DNA of 64,000 nt, taken from contig CAWAGQ010000011.1 in the NCBI GenBank assembly GCA_963781585.1, positions 64,001 through 128,000 on the forward strand, in the 5' to 3' direction. Below the pieces are notes generated by a model. It was not told the origin of the DNA. It ran no database searches and worked only from the letters and a program-made list of their open reading frames with translations. A program made the translations under genes and the position numbers. Below are positions 20,879-31,337 of this stretch, piece by piece; position 1 is the stretch's first letter; the number at the start of each line of letters is the position of its first letter. Origin of the DNA: an uncultured Gemmatimonadaceae bacterium (GTDB lineage: Bacteria; Gemmatimonadota; Gemmatimonadetes; Gemmatimonadales; Gemmatimonadaceae).

Positions 20879-21204
20879 GGGGCGACCGGGCGTCTGGGTG
20901 CGTGGCACATGGGCGCTGGAGTATGCCGCCCTGTCACTGCAGCCGACACCCCCTGAGCCAGTCATCAGCGACTGCGACACTTCTTCATGTAGTTGCAGTT
21001 GCCCCTGCCATCCGCCAGCCTGTCGTGTTTCCAGCTCCGAGATCGTGTGTTTCCCGGTCTGCGATACCTCTCGTTAGGCGTGCGGCTCGTGAGTCGACCT
21101 GGCCGATCGGCCTCCGGCGCGTACCCGCATCGCGCAACCTCAATCTCCGCGATACCTTGAGCCTCTTGCACCGGCGCAGCACTCCAGCCGCGGCCCCTCG
21201 AAAG

Positions 21205-21627
21205 ATGACCCATAGCCTGATCCGCGCCCGCCGCATCGTCCTCGCGCTCGCCGCCCTGATCCTGCTTGCGGCCGCCTGGTGCGGTCTGAACGGCGGGCTG
21301 CGGCAGTTTCCGCAATCCAGCACAGCCGGTCAGATGGCGCAGAGCGTCTCGCAATTCGGATTCGGCATCTTCGCCGTGCTCAGTGTCGTCACCGCCCTCG
21401 ACCGCCGAGCCTGGGTGCGCTGGGTCAACTGGTGCTGGGTCGTCTCGGTCGCCGTCGCTGGCGGTCTTGCGCCGGTCGTCTGGGGCGGTGCCACGCCCTC
21501 CGAGGGCGTCATTGCGGGCGGCGCTTCGCTCCTTATCGGCCTCGGCCTCGTCTGGATGCTGCGATGGGGAGGCCGGGCACCCGCCGCACATTTTCGCTCC
21601 CGACCGCAACCCGAAGATGATGGCTGA
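21205..21627 (+). CDS. Hypothetical four-TM membrane protein
   Basis: Four hydrophobic segments. Confidence 0.55.
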   Translation: MTHSLIRARRIVLALAALILLAAAWCGLNGGLRQFPQSSTAGQMAQSVSQFGFGIFAVLSVVTALDRRAWVRWVNWCWVVSVAVAGGLAPVVWGGATPSEGVIAGGASLLIGLGLVWMLRWGGRAPAAHFRSRPQPEDDG

Positions 21628-21691
21628 CCGATCCGACGACGCCATGCTGGTCCATGGCCGATTGCTCCTCGTACGCCGAAGGCGGTATGCT

Positions 21692-22258
21692 ATGGTCATG
21701 CCAGCGGGACGCGCGGAATGGACGGTGGAGATGCTCGACGCCCTGCCGGACGACGGCCAGCGCTACGAGCTCATCGACGGCGAACTCTTCGTGACGCCGG
21801 CTCACTCAGACGTTCACCAACTTGTGGTGGTCGCGCTCGCGGCAGAGCTCCGCGACTATCTGCGGGCTTCGGCTATCGGCCGCGTGCTCGTGTCACCGGC
21901 TGACGTCCGGCGCGGGGACCCCGATCGCAACCGCGTGCAACCCGATGTCTTCGTCGTCCGTCTGGCGGAGAGCCGCCGCCCGCCCTATCCGTTCGCGCTC
22001 AGCGATCTGCTGCTCGCGGTCGAGGTGGAATCGCCCGGCAGTCCGTTCCACGACCATCAGACCAAGCGCCAACTCTACCTCGGCAGTGGCGTTCCCGAGT
22101 ACTGGATTATCAATCCTGCGGCTCGAACGATCGTCCGCTGGCGCGCGCTCGTTGATGCCGGCGAAACTCTGACCACGCGACTCGAGTGGCGCCCCGCCGG
22201 CATGGCGAAGTCGTTCGTCCTCGACTTGCCGGAATTCCTTGACGAAGCGCTCGGCTGA
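21692..22258 (+). CDS. Uma2-family (DUF820) putative endonuclease
   Basis: LPDDGQRYELIDGEL, VQPDVFV, AVEVESP, K..LY...GVPEYWII. Confidence 0.88.
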   Translation: MVMPAGRAEWTVEMLDALPDDGQRYELIDGELFVTPAHSDVHQLVVVALAAELRDYLRASAIGRVLVSPADVRRGDPDRNRVQPDVFVVRLAESRRPPYPFALSDLLLAVEVESPGSPFHDHQTKRQLYLGSGVPEYWIINPAARTIVRWRALVDAGETLTTRLEWRPAGMAKSFVLDLPEFLDEALG

Positions 22259-22314
22259 GCATTCCCTCCGAACACGCCACGAATTCGGCGTTCCACTCCA
22301 TTCCAGGAGCAGAG

Positions 22315-22734
22315 ATGGTCGCCGCACTTGCCGGTCGTGAAACCGTCTTCAGCGTACTGGCCACGAGTGCCCGCGCTCGCGCCGGGCGATCGCTTGCGTT
22401 GCAGCTCGCGGTCTGTGTCGCCGGCGCGGGTCTCGTCCTGCTCACGGCTCCCGCATGGTGGTCGGTGGCCGCGCTGATGCTTGCCGGCGGGACACACGCC
22501 GCCTGGGGGCTGCTGGTGCGCCGGCTTTCGACGAAACCCTCGCGTACGGCCGGTGAGGCGCTCGTCGCCGTGGCCGCGCTCGGCACGGTGCTGGCCGTGA
22601 GCGGAATGGTCGGACTCGCCGCAGCGCTGTTCACGGGCAGTGGCCGGAGTCCGTACGATGCCTGCGGGGTGAACGCCAACTCTGCGTTCTGCAAGGCGAT
22701 GCGCGCACCCGCACCGGCCACCGCGATTCCCTGA
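22315..22734 (+). CDS. Hypothetical membrane protein
   Basis: AGGAG RBS and three hydrophobic helices. Confidence 0.55.
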   Translation: MVAALAGRETVFSVLATSARARAGRSLALQLAVCVAGAGLVLLTAPAWWSVAALMLAGGTHAAWGLLVRRLSTKPSRTAGEALVAVAALGTVLAVSGMVGLAAALFTGSGRSPYDACGVNANSAFCKAMRAPAPATAIP

Positions 22735-22964
22735 CCCTCAACGCGACGAGGTAGCCATCGCGTCCTCCCTGCTCGCGATCTGGCGCCGCTCCCCCGTCCT
22801 GATTCGTGCCGTCGTGTCGGGCGTCCTGCTGGCGATCCTGGTGACAGGCACCCTGTTCGGGTTTGCGCATTTCACGAAGCCCCTGGTGTGGCAATCGGGC
22901 GCGGACCGCGCGCCTGCGGCGCACCACCGGTCACGACACGTTAGGCAGGAGGTACCCCGACCCG

Positions 22965-23672
22965 ATGCGCAAGATCATCGTCCTCATCGCGACCAGCGCC
23001 GACGGCTACATCGCCCGGCCCGACGGGGGTGTCGAGTGGCTGGAACGTCCTCGACTGCGGGGCGACTACGGGATGGGTGTATTCTACCGGTCCATCGATA
23101 CGATCCTGTGGGGACGCAAGACCTATGACGTGGCGCTCGACTTCCAGCGGAAGGGCATCCCCGGCTCGAGCTTCGATCGGCGGAAGGCGCATTTCGCCTT
23201 CTCGCGCACGCCGCCCGCGGACCCGGCGCCTGGTGTCGTCTTCGTCTCGGAGCCGCTCGGCCCCTGGGTGCGACGGCTCCGTGCCCGCCGCGGAAAGAAC
23301 ATCTGGATGATGGGCGGTGCGGAACTGATCGCGTCGTTTCTCGACGAAGGACTCATCGACGAGTTCATCATCCACGTGATCCCCACCTTCATCGGCGAAG
23401 GCATCCCGCTGCTGGCGCCCCGCCATCGGCTCGTTCCGCTGAAGCTGCGCTCCACCCGTCCGTATGCGGACGGCGTGGTGCGGTTGCACTATGAAGTGAT
23501 CCGTGGGCGGACGCGGTCGGCCGCGCGCGGAACCGGCAAGCGGGGAGGAAGGGCGCCGGCCGCGGAACCGGCAAGCGCGCGAGGAAGCGCGCCGGCCGCG
23601 GCTGATCCTGTCGGATCGGCGGGGCCGGGTGGTATCATCTGTCGAAAGCTGATGGCCTGCCCCCCGGGATGA
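22965..23672 (+). CDS. Dihydrofolate reductase/RibD C-terminal family protein with a low-complexity tail
   Basis: IATSADGYIA, GRKTY, NIWMMGGAEL, LIDEFIIHVIPTFIGEGIPL; AGGAGG upstream. Confidence 0.85.
   Translation: MRKIIVLIATSADGYIARPDGGVEWLERPRLRGDYGMGVFYRSIDTILWGRKTYDVALDFQRKGIPGSSFDRRKAHFAFSRTPPADPAPGVVFVSEPLGPWVRRLRARRGKNIWMMGGAELIASFLDEGLIDEFIIHVIPTFIGEGIPLLAPRHRLVPLKLRSTRPYADGVVRLHYEVIRGRTRSAARGTGKRGGRAPAAEPASARGSAPAAADPVGSAGPGGIICRKLMACPPG
23526..23601. repeat. 35/36-bp direct duplication inside the DHFR-family gene tail
   Basis: CGCGGAACCGGCAAGCG..GAGGAAG.GCGCCGGC at 23526 and 23561. Confidence 0.8.
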
Positions 23673-23678
23673 CATGCC

Positions 23679-23906
23679 ATGCGCGCCTACCTGAAGTCGC
23701 CGTTCGTCGCCGTCGGTCTCATTCTGCTCATCGTTGGCTCCGGGCCGCTGATCGGCTTCAACATCTACGCCGACCTCGGATTCTACGACGATCCCAATCC
23801 CAACCCGGTAGGCCTCGGCATCCTCGCCTGGCTGACCTTCTGGCCCAGCATCGGCCTCATTCTGCTGGGGATCTGGCGTGTGTACCGGCGGCGCCACGCC
23901 GGCTAG
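23679..23906 (+). CDS. Small two-TM membrane protein
   Basis: 75 aa; TM-DPNPNPVGLG-TM. Confidence 0.65.
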   Translation: MRAYLKSPFVAVGLILLIVGSGPLIGFNIYADLGFYDDPNPNPVGLGILAWLTFWPSIGLILLGIWRVYRRRHAG

Positions 23907-23924
23907 CCCGGGTTCGGGCGTCTC

Positions 23925-24364
23925 ACCTCATCGGTGGAGAATTAACCTCTTTCTCGACGTTCGGTGCGCAGCACCAGTTCAGCGGGCGCGTGGTGGTCGA
24001 GGGTGGCGAGATCAAGTCGTTCAAGCGCATCGATGTCGACCAGGAACGCAAGGTCATCGCACCGGGTCGCGCCCCGTCGGTGGTGCGGGGACCGCGGGGC
24101 CGGGTGCGCGCGGTCCGGCCCGGGCGCGGGGCGGTGGTCGCCGAGCGCACCGAGGACAAGATCGAGCAGGAAGACGAGCACACGGTGCAGTGGCTCACGA
24201 AGACCGACGATGACCTGGATGGCGTCGATGTGAAGGTGACCGACGAGGCCGTGGGACTCCGACTCGTCCTGCTGATCGACGGCAAGCCCCGCCCCGAGGA
24301 GGTGGAGGTGGGGAAGGGCAACTTCAAACCGGGCACCGATCCGGTTCGGGTGCGGATCAGGTAG
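23925..24364 (+). pseudogene. Protein-like C-terminal fragment with no clear start
   Basis: Natural-looking sequence (HQFSGRVVVEGGEIKSF...VEVGKGNFKP) begins just after the upstream stop codon. Confidence 0.35.
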
Positions 24365-24391
24365 CGCCCGGCCGCGAGACCACGCGGGGAG

Positions 24392-25427
24392 ATGCTGGAG
24401 TGTGATCATCGCGGCGGTGACGCTGCCCGCCGGCCTCGCGTTCATGCAGGGACCGGCGCACCTGAATCCGGTCGTGGAACTGCTGACGCAGCGCCGGCCG
24501 GTCTTCGGCCTTTACGCACCTCGCAACCCGGGTGCAGGCGGACGCGGCGGCCTAACGTGGACACCGGAGCCCGCGCACCGGGCGCCGGCGCGCGAGGCAG
24601 CGCGACGCCTGACGCGGCTCCGCCGAAGACACCGGCGCAGCTGGCCCGCGAGGCGCTGTCGCACGATCCATCCGATTACATCTTCGACGGCTGCATGGAA
24701 GGCGATTTCGACCGCGCGTTCCCGACGTTCACCGAATTTGTCCGGGGCGCGATCGACAGCGGAACTGTCGAGCAGCGTCGCCGGCATCCGTTCGATCGTG
24801 AAGACGCACCGCATCGCCCCCGATCCTGCGCTGGCAGCCGCAGCGCATCGGCCGACAGCTCAACCTGGGCGTGAGCGGGATCGTGTTCGTGGGGGTCGAG
24901 AGCGCGCGAGGAGGTGCGAGACAGGCCTGGCGGCGATGCGTTTCAGGTCGCAGGGGGGCACGCGCCGGACGACGTCGGCGATGCGCCGGCGTACTGGGGC
25001 GATGAGCGAAGCGGAGTACCGCGGCGAAGGCGGACGTGTGGCCGCTCGACCCCAACGGCGAGCTGGTGAACTGGACGATCGTGGAGAGCAGGGAAGGGCT
25101 GGCGCACGTGCGCGAGATCGCGGCGGTGCCGGGAATCGGCGTGCTGCTTCCCGGGCGCGGGCACGTTGCGCGGCGTCTTCACGACGACCGATGTCGACCG
25201 GCCAGCGCGTGTTCGACGAGCAGGGCTGGGAAGGCGCGATCCAGCAGGTGCTGGCGGCGTGCAAGGAGTTGCAGGTGCCGTGCGGCTACCGGCCACGGAG
25301 AACGACATCGAGAAGCGCATGAAGCAGGGCTTCAGCGTGTTCGTGATCAACTGGGGCGAGCGCCGGGTTCCGCGCGGTGGACATCGGCCGTCGCGCGGCC
25401 GACCGGAGCGGCGGCTCCCGGGAGTAG
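24392..25427 (+). pseudogene. HpcH/HpaI aldolase-citrate-lyase-family protein with multiple frameshifts
   Basis: Pieces in different frames: HLNPVVELL..PVFGLY / DYIFDGCME / RQLNLGVSGIVF / AMRFRSQGGTR / WPLDPNGELVNWTIVESREGL..VREIAAVPGIG / VLAACKE..VPCG / KRMKQGF. Confidence 0.7.
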
Positions 25428-25548
25428 CGTTAGGCGCGTGCCCGGCCGGTCGCCGCGGCATCCCGCGCGATGTCGGCGGCCGGCGACGCAAGCCACCGGA
25501 CCGCCGGTCCCCTTGCTTCCGATCGCTGCCTTGCGCTACTGATCGGGC

Positions 25549-27705
25549 ATGTCGTCCAGGCGAAGGTCGCGTCGGAAGACAGCCGTGGTGGCTGTGGTGG
25601 CGATTGCGGTCGCCTTCCTGGTCGTGCTGAAGCGGATGGTTGGCGTGAACGGCGCGATGCTTCGCCGCGCACCGCCGGCCGGCCTGACCCAGGCGAATGG
25701 CGCGACCTTCACCGGTTCGGCGGCCTGCGAACGATGCCACCCCGCCGAATACGCATCCTGGAAGTCTTCGCAGCATGCGATGGCGATGCAGGAGGCGCGC
25801 CCGGAAACCGTGCTCGGCGCCTTCGACAGCGCCACATTCTCCTATCCGGCCGTCAGTGCCACGTTTTTCCGCCGCGGTCCGCGGTACTTCGTCAACACCG
25901 AAGGGCCTGACGGCCAGCCGCACGACTTCGAGATCCGCTATACGTTCGGCGTCCTCCCGCTCCAGCAGTATCTGGTGGCCTTCCCGGGCGGTCGCCTGCA
26001 GCCGCTGCCCGTGGCCTGGGACGCGCGACCGGCGCGGGACACCGGGCAGCGCTGGTTCCCGCTGAACCCGGCCCCGCGCGTGGAGCCGCCTGACGAGTTC
26101 CACTGGACGGGACGCGATCAGAACTGGAACTACATGTGCGCGGATTGCCACTCGACCGCGGTGCGAAAGGGCTACGACGCGCAGGCCGACACCTTTCACA
26201 CCACCTGGGCGGAGATCGATGTCGCCTGTGAAGCCTGCCACGGTCCCGGTTCGCGGCACGTGCGGTGGGCTGGATACCCGGGCTGGCTGCGCCGGATCAT
26301 CTGGCGCGACGACGGGGTGCAGAACCGGCTCGCGGAACGCCAGGGCATCAGCTGGTCGAACGACCCGGCCACCGGCATCCCGATCCGCAGCACGCCGCGA
26401 TCCACCGAGCGGGAGATCGAGACCTGCGCGCAATGCCACGCGCGCCGCCAGCACATCGCCGACGGCTACACCGCGGGCCGGCCGCTGCTCGACTACTACG
26501 TCCCGCTGCTGATGACCGGCGATCTCTACTATCCCGACGGCCAGCAGCGCGACGAAGTGTACACCTACGGCTCGTTCCTGCAGAGCAGGATGAACTCCGC
26601 GGGCGTGACCTGCGCCGACTGCCACGATCCCCACACCCAGAAGCTGCGGCGTCCCGGGAACGCGGTCTGCACGCAGTGCCATCTGGCGGCAAAATACGAT
26701 ACCTCGGCGCACCACTTTCACCCGCCGGGCAGCCCCGGCGCGCAGTGCGTCTCGTGCCATCTGCCGCCCACGAACTACATGCAGGTCGATCCGCGCCACG
26801 ACCACAGCATCCGGATTCCGCGCCCCGGCTTCTCCATCAGCCTGGGCGTGCCTAACGCCTGCAACCGCTGCCACGCGGACCGCGACCCACGCTGGGCCGC
26901 CGCCCAGCTGCGCGCGCGGTACCCGAATCCGCTGCCCGTCTTCCAGCGCTTCACCCTCGCGTTCGCGGCCGACGACCGTGGCGATCCCGGAGCCGCCGAC
27001 TCGCTCGGCGCCATCGCCGCCGATGTCACCGAGCCGTGGTTCGTGCGCGCCTCGGCGCTGGCACGCCTGGGTGCACACCCGGGCGCGGTCGCGGTGGACG
27101 CCGCGCGCGCGGCGGCGACCTCGCCTGACGCGATGGTCAGGCACGCGGCGCTCCAGGCGCTGGAGACCGCCCCGGCACGCGAACGTCTGGCACTCGCGCC
27201 GCCGCTGCTGGCCGATGAAACGCGCGGCGTGAGGCAGGAGGCAGCCTGGGTGCTGGCCCCGGTGCGCGATTCGCTCTCGATGCCGGCCGAGCGTCAGGTG
27301 TTCGCGTCGGCGGCCGCCGAGCTGGAGGCCAGCTACCGGTACAACGCCGACCGGGCCGACGCGCGTCTGACCCTGGGTGCGTTCGAGACGCAGCTCGGCG
27401 AGTTGGACAGCGCGGTGGCCGAGTTCGAGGCCGCCGTGCGTTTCGCCCCCCACTCCGCGACCGGGTATCTCGCGCTCGCCGAGATCCTGCGGGCACAGGG
27501 GAAGAGCGGCGACGCCGTGCGCACGCTGCTGGATGCCCTGACCGCGCTGCCGCACGATCACGACGTGCTGGTGCGACTGGTGACGCTCTATCGCGACGCG
27601 GGGGCGCCGAACATGGCGCTGCGCTATGCGCGTGAGCTGGTGCGGGAGTATCCCCGCGACCCGCAGGCGACGGCGCTACTGCAGTCGATCCGGCGTGGGG
27701 GCTGA
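25549..27705 (+). CDS. Octaheme c-type cytochrome with HEAT and TPR domains
   Basis: N-terminal anchor, eight CxxCH motifs (CERCH, CADCH, CEACH, CAQCH, CADCH, CTQCH, CVSCH, CNRCH), then helical repeats. Confidence 0.9.
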   Translation: MSSRRRSRRKTAVVAVVAIAVAFLVVLKRMVGVNGAMLRRAPPAGLTQANGATFTGSAACERCHPAEYASWKSSQHAMAMQEARPETVLGAFDSATFSYPAVSATFFRRGPRYFVNTEGPDGQPHDFEIRYTFGVLPLQQYLVAFPGGRLQPLPVAWDARPARDTGQRWFPLNPAPRVEPPDEFHWTGRDQNWNYMCADCHSTAVRKGYDAQADTFHTTWAEIDVACEACHGPGSRHVRWAGYPGWLRRIIWRDDGVQNRLAERQGISWSNDPATGIPIRSTPRSTEREIETCAQCHARRQHIADGYTAGRPLLDYYVPLLMTGDLYYPDGQQRDEVYTYGSFLQSRMNSAGVTCADCHDPHTQKLRRPGNAVCTQCHLAAKYDTSAHHFHPPGSPGAQCVSCHLPPTNYMQVDPRHDHSIRIPRPGFSISLGVPNACNRCHADRDPRWAAAQLRARYPNPLPVFQRFTLAFAADDRGDPGAADSLGAIAADVTEPWFVRASALARLGAHPGAVAVDAARAAATSPDAMVRHAALQALETAPARERLALAPPLLADETRGVRQEAAWVLAPVRDSLSMPAERQVFASAAAELEASYRYNADRADARLTLGAFETQLGELDSAVAEFEAAVRFAPHSATGYLALAEILRAQGKSGDAVRTLLDALTALPHDHDVLVRLVTLYRDAGAPNMALRYARELVREYPRDPQATALLQSIRRGG

Positions 27706-28365
27706 GGGCTCCCGCTGGTTCGCCTCTTCGGCCCGCGCTTCCGCCTCCTCGAAGTCGGCCCATGCGGCGTCGTCCCACTCCTGGTCTTCCTTGAGGGCGA
27801 GCGGCGGAAGAGTGACATCGTCATAGATCGCCTCGAGGTCCAACTGGAGGTCGAGGAACGGGATGGCAATCGCGCCGCTGGCGGTGTACTCCTCGCGTAC
27901 CCACTCGTCGCGGGTATCGCGGGCGCAGGCGACCACGTACCGGCGACGCTGATCAACGATCAAATAGGTTCGCAGCGAATCGATCCGGAGGTACGCGTCG
28001 AGCTTCTCGCGTCTGTCGGTGGCGCGCGTTCCAGGGGAGGTGACCTCCGCCACGAGTGACGGCTGTTCGACAACAAGGTCAACGTCCGCCGCCTTTCCAC
28101 AGGCGATCACGATGTCCGGATAGTAGATCCGATCGACGGCCGCCCGCACCTTGACGTCCGAGGCGAACACGCGGCAGCCTCGACGTCGCGCGGGATCCCG
28201 CAGGTGGTGCACCATGTTCAGCGTGATCAGGTTGTGTCGGGTCGTGCCGCCGGACATGGCATGCACCCAACCCGACACGTACTCGTGCCGGACGGGATTC
28301 CCCTCCTCGAATCGGAGGTAGTCCGTGAGCGACATGCGACGCCCTGCGCGACGCGTGTTTTCCAT
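27676..28365 (-). CDS. Uma2-family (DUF820) putative endonuclease
   Basis: YLRFEE...RHEYVSG..AMSGGT..HN, YYPDIVIAC, EVTSPGT..DRREK..AY. Confidence 0.88.
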   Translation of the reverse strand: MENTRRAGRRMSLTDYLRFEEGNPVRHEYVSGWVHAMSGGTTRHNLITLNMVHHLRDPARRRGCRVFASDVKVRAAVDRIYYPDIVIACGKAADVDLVVEQPSLVAEVTSPGTRATDRREKLDAYLRIDSLRTYLIVDQRRRYVVACARDTRDEWVREEYTASGAIAIPFLDLQLDLEAIYDDVTLPPLALKEDQEWDDAAWADFEEAEARAEEANQREPSAPTPDRLQ

Positions 28366-28546
28366 GTGCCGAGCGTATGCTCGGCGAGGCCGAAAAAGCA
28401 AGGGGGGGAGCGCGGTTGCTGGCGGGAGATCCCGGCACCGGGCATTCCGATTCCGGTGATCCCACGGAGTGAAGCACATCGAGGGGCGCCGGCCACACAC
28501 TGTTCGATTGGCAGGGCTGCGCCGAGGCGCAGTATACTCCGGGACC

Positions 28547-31327
28547 ATGATGTTCCGGCCGCGACACCGTGAGTACGCCCTGAGTGCGCTACTGGGCACA
28601 CTGCTCCTCACGCAGGCATCCCTCGCCCAGAACCCGCCCCCGCCCCCGCGGGCGCCCGGCGCTCCGCCGGCCGTCACACAACAGGTGTTCGACAGCGCGG
28701 CCACCACGATCCCGTGGTTCCCGTTAGGCATCTCACCGCTGGCGCTGAGCGGACCGGCCCGCCCGGGCGTCTACCTCTCGGCGGTCGGACGGCGCGCCAT
28801 CGCCATGGGCACCGAGGACGGCAGGCTCGAGCTCTGGTCCTGGCCCATCAAGTGGCTGCACGACCTGGAGCTGTCGTTCCGCGTCCCGAAGTACACTGAG
28901 CCCATTCCCGGGCACGCGGTCGCGCGTTCGGTGGTCGAACGCCCCGAAGGCGTGACGATCGAGTACGCGTACGAGCAGTTCACCGTCCGCGAGCACGTCT
29001 TCGTGCCGCTGGACCTGCCGGCAGTGGTGATCCTGCTCGAGGTGGATGCCATCCGACCGATGGACATCATCGCGCGGTTCACCCCCGACATCCACTACGC
29101 GTGGCCGGCGGGACTTGGCGGGCAATACCTGATCTGGGAACAGAACGCGCGGGCTTTTCTCTTCTCGGAAGGGAAGCGATCGATCAACGCGTTTCTCGGG
29201 TCGCCCGCGGTCACCGAAGCGAGCGACGTGCCGGCGCACATGCTGGCCGCCGCACCGCCGCAGCTCGTCCTCGCGGTCGGGAGCGGTCAGGAGCGCTACA
29301 CGGCGCCCCGGCTGGGTGAACCGCCCGGCCACAACGTCGATCTCCACGAGGCGTACATCCCGATCGTGCTCGCGGGCGGGGAGATGCCGCGCGACTCGGC
29401 GCTCGCGCTCTACCGCCGGCTGGTCGCGCCCGGCGCCGCCGAGCGCGAGTGGAAGCGGCGCGTGGCCCACGAGGACTCGCTGCGGCATACGATGTTCGCG
29501 CTGCACTCGCCCGATTCGCTGCTCGACCTGGCGGTGGAGTACGCCAAGGTGAATCTGGACGAGTCGTACGTCTGCAATCCGGATCTGGGGTGCGGGCTGG
29601 TGGCGGGATATGGATTGTCGGGAGCGGCGAGCGACCGGCCGGGGTTCGGCTGGTTCTTCGGCGGCGATGCCTCGATCAATTCGTTCGCCATGACCGGCGC
29701 CGGGCTCGGCCCGCTGGTGCGCGACGGCGTGTTCCGTTTCTTCGCGAAGTACCAGCGCGCGGACGGCAAGATCACCCACGAGATCTCGCAGGGCGCGGGG
29801 CACGTGGACTGGTTCAGCTATCCCTATCCCTTCTATCACGGCGACACCACGCCGTTCTGGATCCTCGCGTTCGGCGAATACTGGCGGCAGACGGGCGACA
29901 CGGCGCTGCTGCGTGAGTTCTGGCCGAACCTGAAGCGCGCCTGGGAGTGGTCGCGCCGCACCGACACCGACGGCGACGGCCTGATGGAGAACCCCGCCGC
30001 CGGCGCGGGCGCGCTCGAGGTGGGCGACCTGCAGATCGGCATTCTGTCGGACGTGTATCTCGGCGGCGTGTGGGTGGCGTCGCTCGACCGGTTTGCGCGG
30101 ATGGCCGACGCGTCAGGCGATGGCGCGCTCGCCGACAGCGCCCGCCGGATTCGCGCGACGGCCGTCCGGACGCTGGAGTCGAAGCTCTGGATGCCGGCAC
30201 TCGGACAGTACGCGTTCGCGCTGCTGCAGAACGGGACGGTCAACGGGAATCTCACGGCCTGGCCCGCGACCGCGATGTCGTTCGACCTGTTCGACGGCAC
30301 GCGCGGAGCGGCGATGGCGGCGCGCCTGGCATCGAGCGGCATCATGACCGACTGGGGGGCGCGGCCGCTGAGCGCCACCAGTGCGCTGTTCGATCCGCTG
30401 CACTACAACAACGGTGCGGTGTGGCCGTTCGTGACCGGTTTCGTGGCGCTGGCCGGGTACCGCTACCACAACGCGCCGGCGGCGTGGTTCGCGCTCCAGG
30501 CCATCGCGCGCACGGGCTTCGATGAGGCGCTGGGGCGGAATCCCGAAGTGATCTCCGGGCGGCTGTACAAGCCGCTCGACACCGCGGTGCCGCAGCAGTT
30601 CTTCGCCACCTCGATGGTGCTGACGCCGCTGCTGCGCGGCCTGCTTGGGATCGACGTGGACGTGCCCGCGCGCCGGGTCACCCTGTCGCCGCACCTGCCG
30701 CCCGACTGGGATTCGGTGGCGGTGGAACACGTGCCGGTTGGCAATAGTCGCTTGTCGTTACTTATTCACCGCGACCCGGGGCGGATGACCGCGACGATCC
30801 GCCGCGAAAGCCCCGGGGCTCCGGTGGAGATCGTCTTCGATCCGGCGCTGCCATTGGGCGCTCAGGTCGCGGGCGGGGCGACCGCCCGGATCACGCCCGG
30901 CGATGTGCACGCGTCGGTGCGCGGCACGCTCACCGACTCGATCACGCTCCGTGTGGCGTTCAGCGGCGGGTGGAGCATCATCCCGCCGCCGATGCAGCCG
31001 GCGATCGGGGACCGGTCACAGGCGCCGCGGGTGGTGAGCGAGCGGCTGGCGACCGCGCCACGCGGCGGCGCGGCAGCGATGCGCCCCAGCGGATATGAAG
31101 TGGCGTTGGAGGGCATCGCGGGCCGCACCTACACCTTCCGGGTTCGCGCGCCGAGCGACGCGGCAGCCCGCAGTCTCATTGCGGTGGCAGGCGCCGGCGG
31201 GCGCGCGACCCTGACACCCGGCATGACGCGGGGCGCCGAGCGCGTGGTGGAGATCTCGTTCCCGACCGGCGGCGCGAACGCCGACGGCTACACGGCCACG
31301 ACGGTGACGTTCAGCGTCGCACGTTGA
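28547..31327 (+). CDS. Secreted (alpha/alpha)6 glycoside hydrolase, amylo-alpha-1,6-glucosidase/GDE-like
   Basis: Signal peptide, RPGFGWFFGGD, QRADGKITHE, DTDGDGL, YNNGAVWPF, PEVISG. Confidence 0.75.
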   Translation: MMFRPRHREYALSALLGTLLLTQASLAQNPPPPPRAPGAPPAVTQQVFDSAATTIPWFPLGISPLALSGPARPGVYLSAVGRRAIAMGTEDGRLELWSWPIKWLHDLELSFRVPKYTEPIPGHAVARSVVERPEGVTIEYAYEQFTVREHVFVPLDLPAVVILLEVDAIRPMDIIARFTPDIHYAWPAGLGGQYLIWEQNARAFLFSEGKRSINAFLGSPAVTEASDVPAHMLAAAPPQLVLAVGSGQERYTAPRLGEPPGHNVDLHEAYIPIVLAGGEMPRDSALALYRRLVAPGAAEREWKRRVAHEDSLRHTMFALHSPDSLLDLAVEYAKVNLDESYVCNPDLGCGLVAGYGLSGAASDRPGFGWFFGGDASINSFAMTGAGLGPLVRDGVFRFFAKYQRADGKITHEISQGAGHVDWFSYPYPFYHGDTTPFWILAFGEYWRQTGDTALLREFWPNLKRAWEWSRRTDTDGDGLMENPAAGAGALEVGDLQIGILSDVYLGGVWVASLDRFARMADASGDGALADSARRIRATAVRTLESKLWMPALGQYAFALLQNGTVNGNLTAWPATAMSFDLFDGTRGAAMAARLASSGIMTDWGARPLSATSALFDPLHYNNGAVWPFVTGFVALAGYRYHNAPAAWFALQAIARTGFDEALGRNPEVISGRLYKPLDTAVPQQFFATSMVLTPLLRGLLGIDVDVPARRVTLSPHLPPDWDSVAVEHVPVGNSRLSLLIHRDPGRMTATIRRESPGAPVEIVFDPALPLGAQVAGGATARITPGDVHASVRGTLTDSITLRVAFSGGWSIIPPPMQPAIGDRSQAPRVVSERLATAPRGGAAAMRPSGYEVALEGIAGRTYTFRVRAPSDAAARSLIAVAGAGGRATLTPGMTRGAERVVEISFPTGGANADGYTATTVTFSVAR

Positions 31328-31337
31328 CGCGCTGCGG

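Noticed and set aside
24392..25427. Hypermutated or recoded aldolase gene
   Set aside because: Dense indels with otherwise intact motifs fit a low-quality consensus sequence.
24943..27561. 872-aa antisense ORF and similar long shadow ORFs
   Set aside because: These are Arg/Gly-rich mirrors of real genes, expected at high GC.
21692..28365. Two Uma2 nucleases as a defence system
   Set aside because: A commonly multi-copy family; the two genes are unlinked and have no partner genes.
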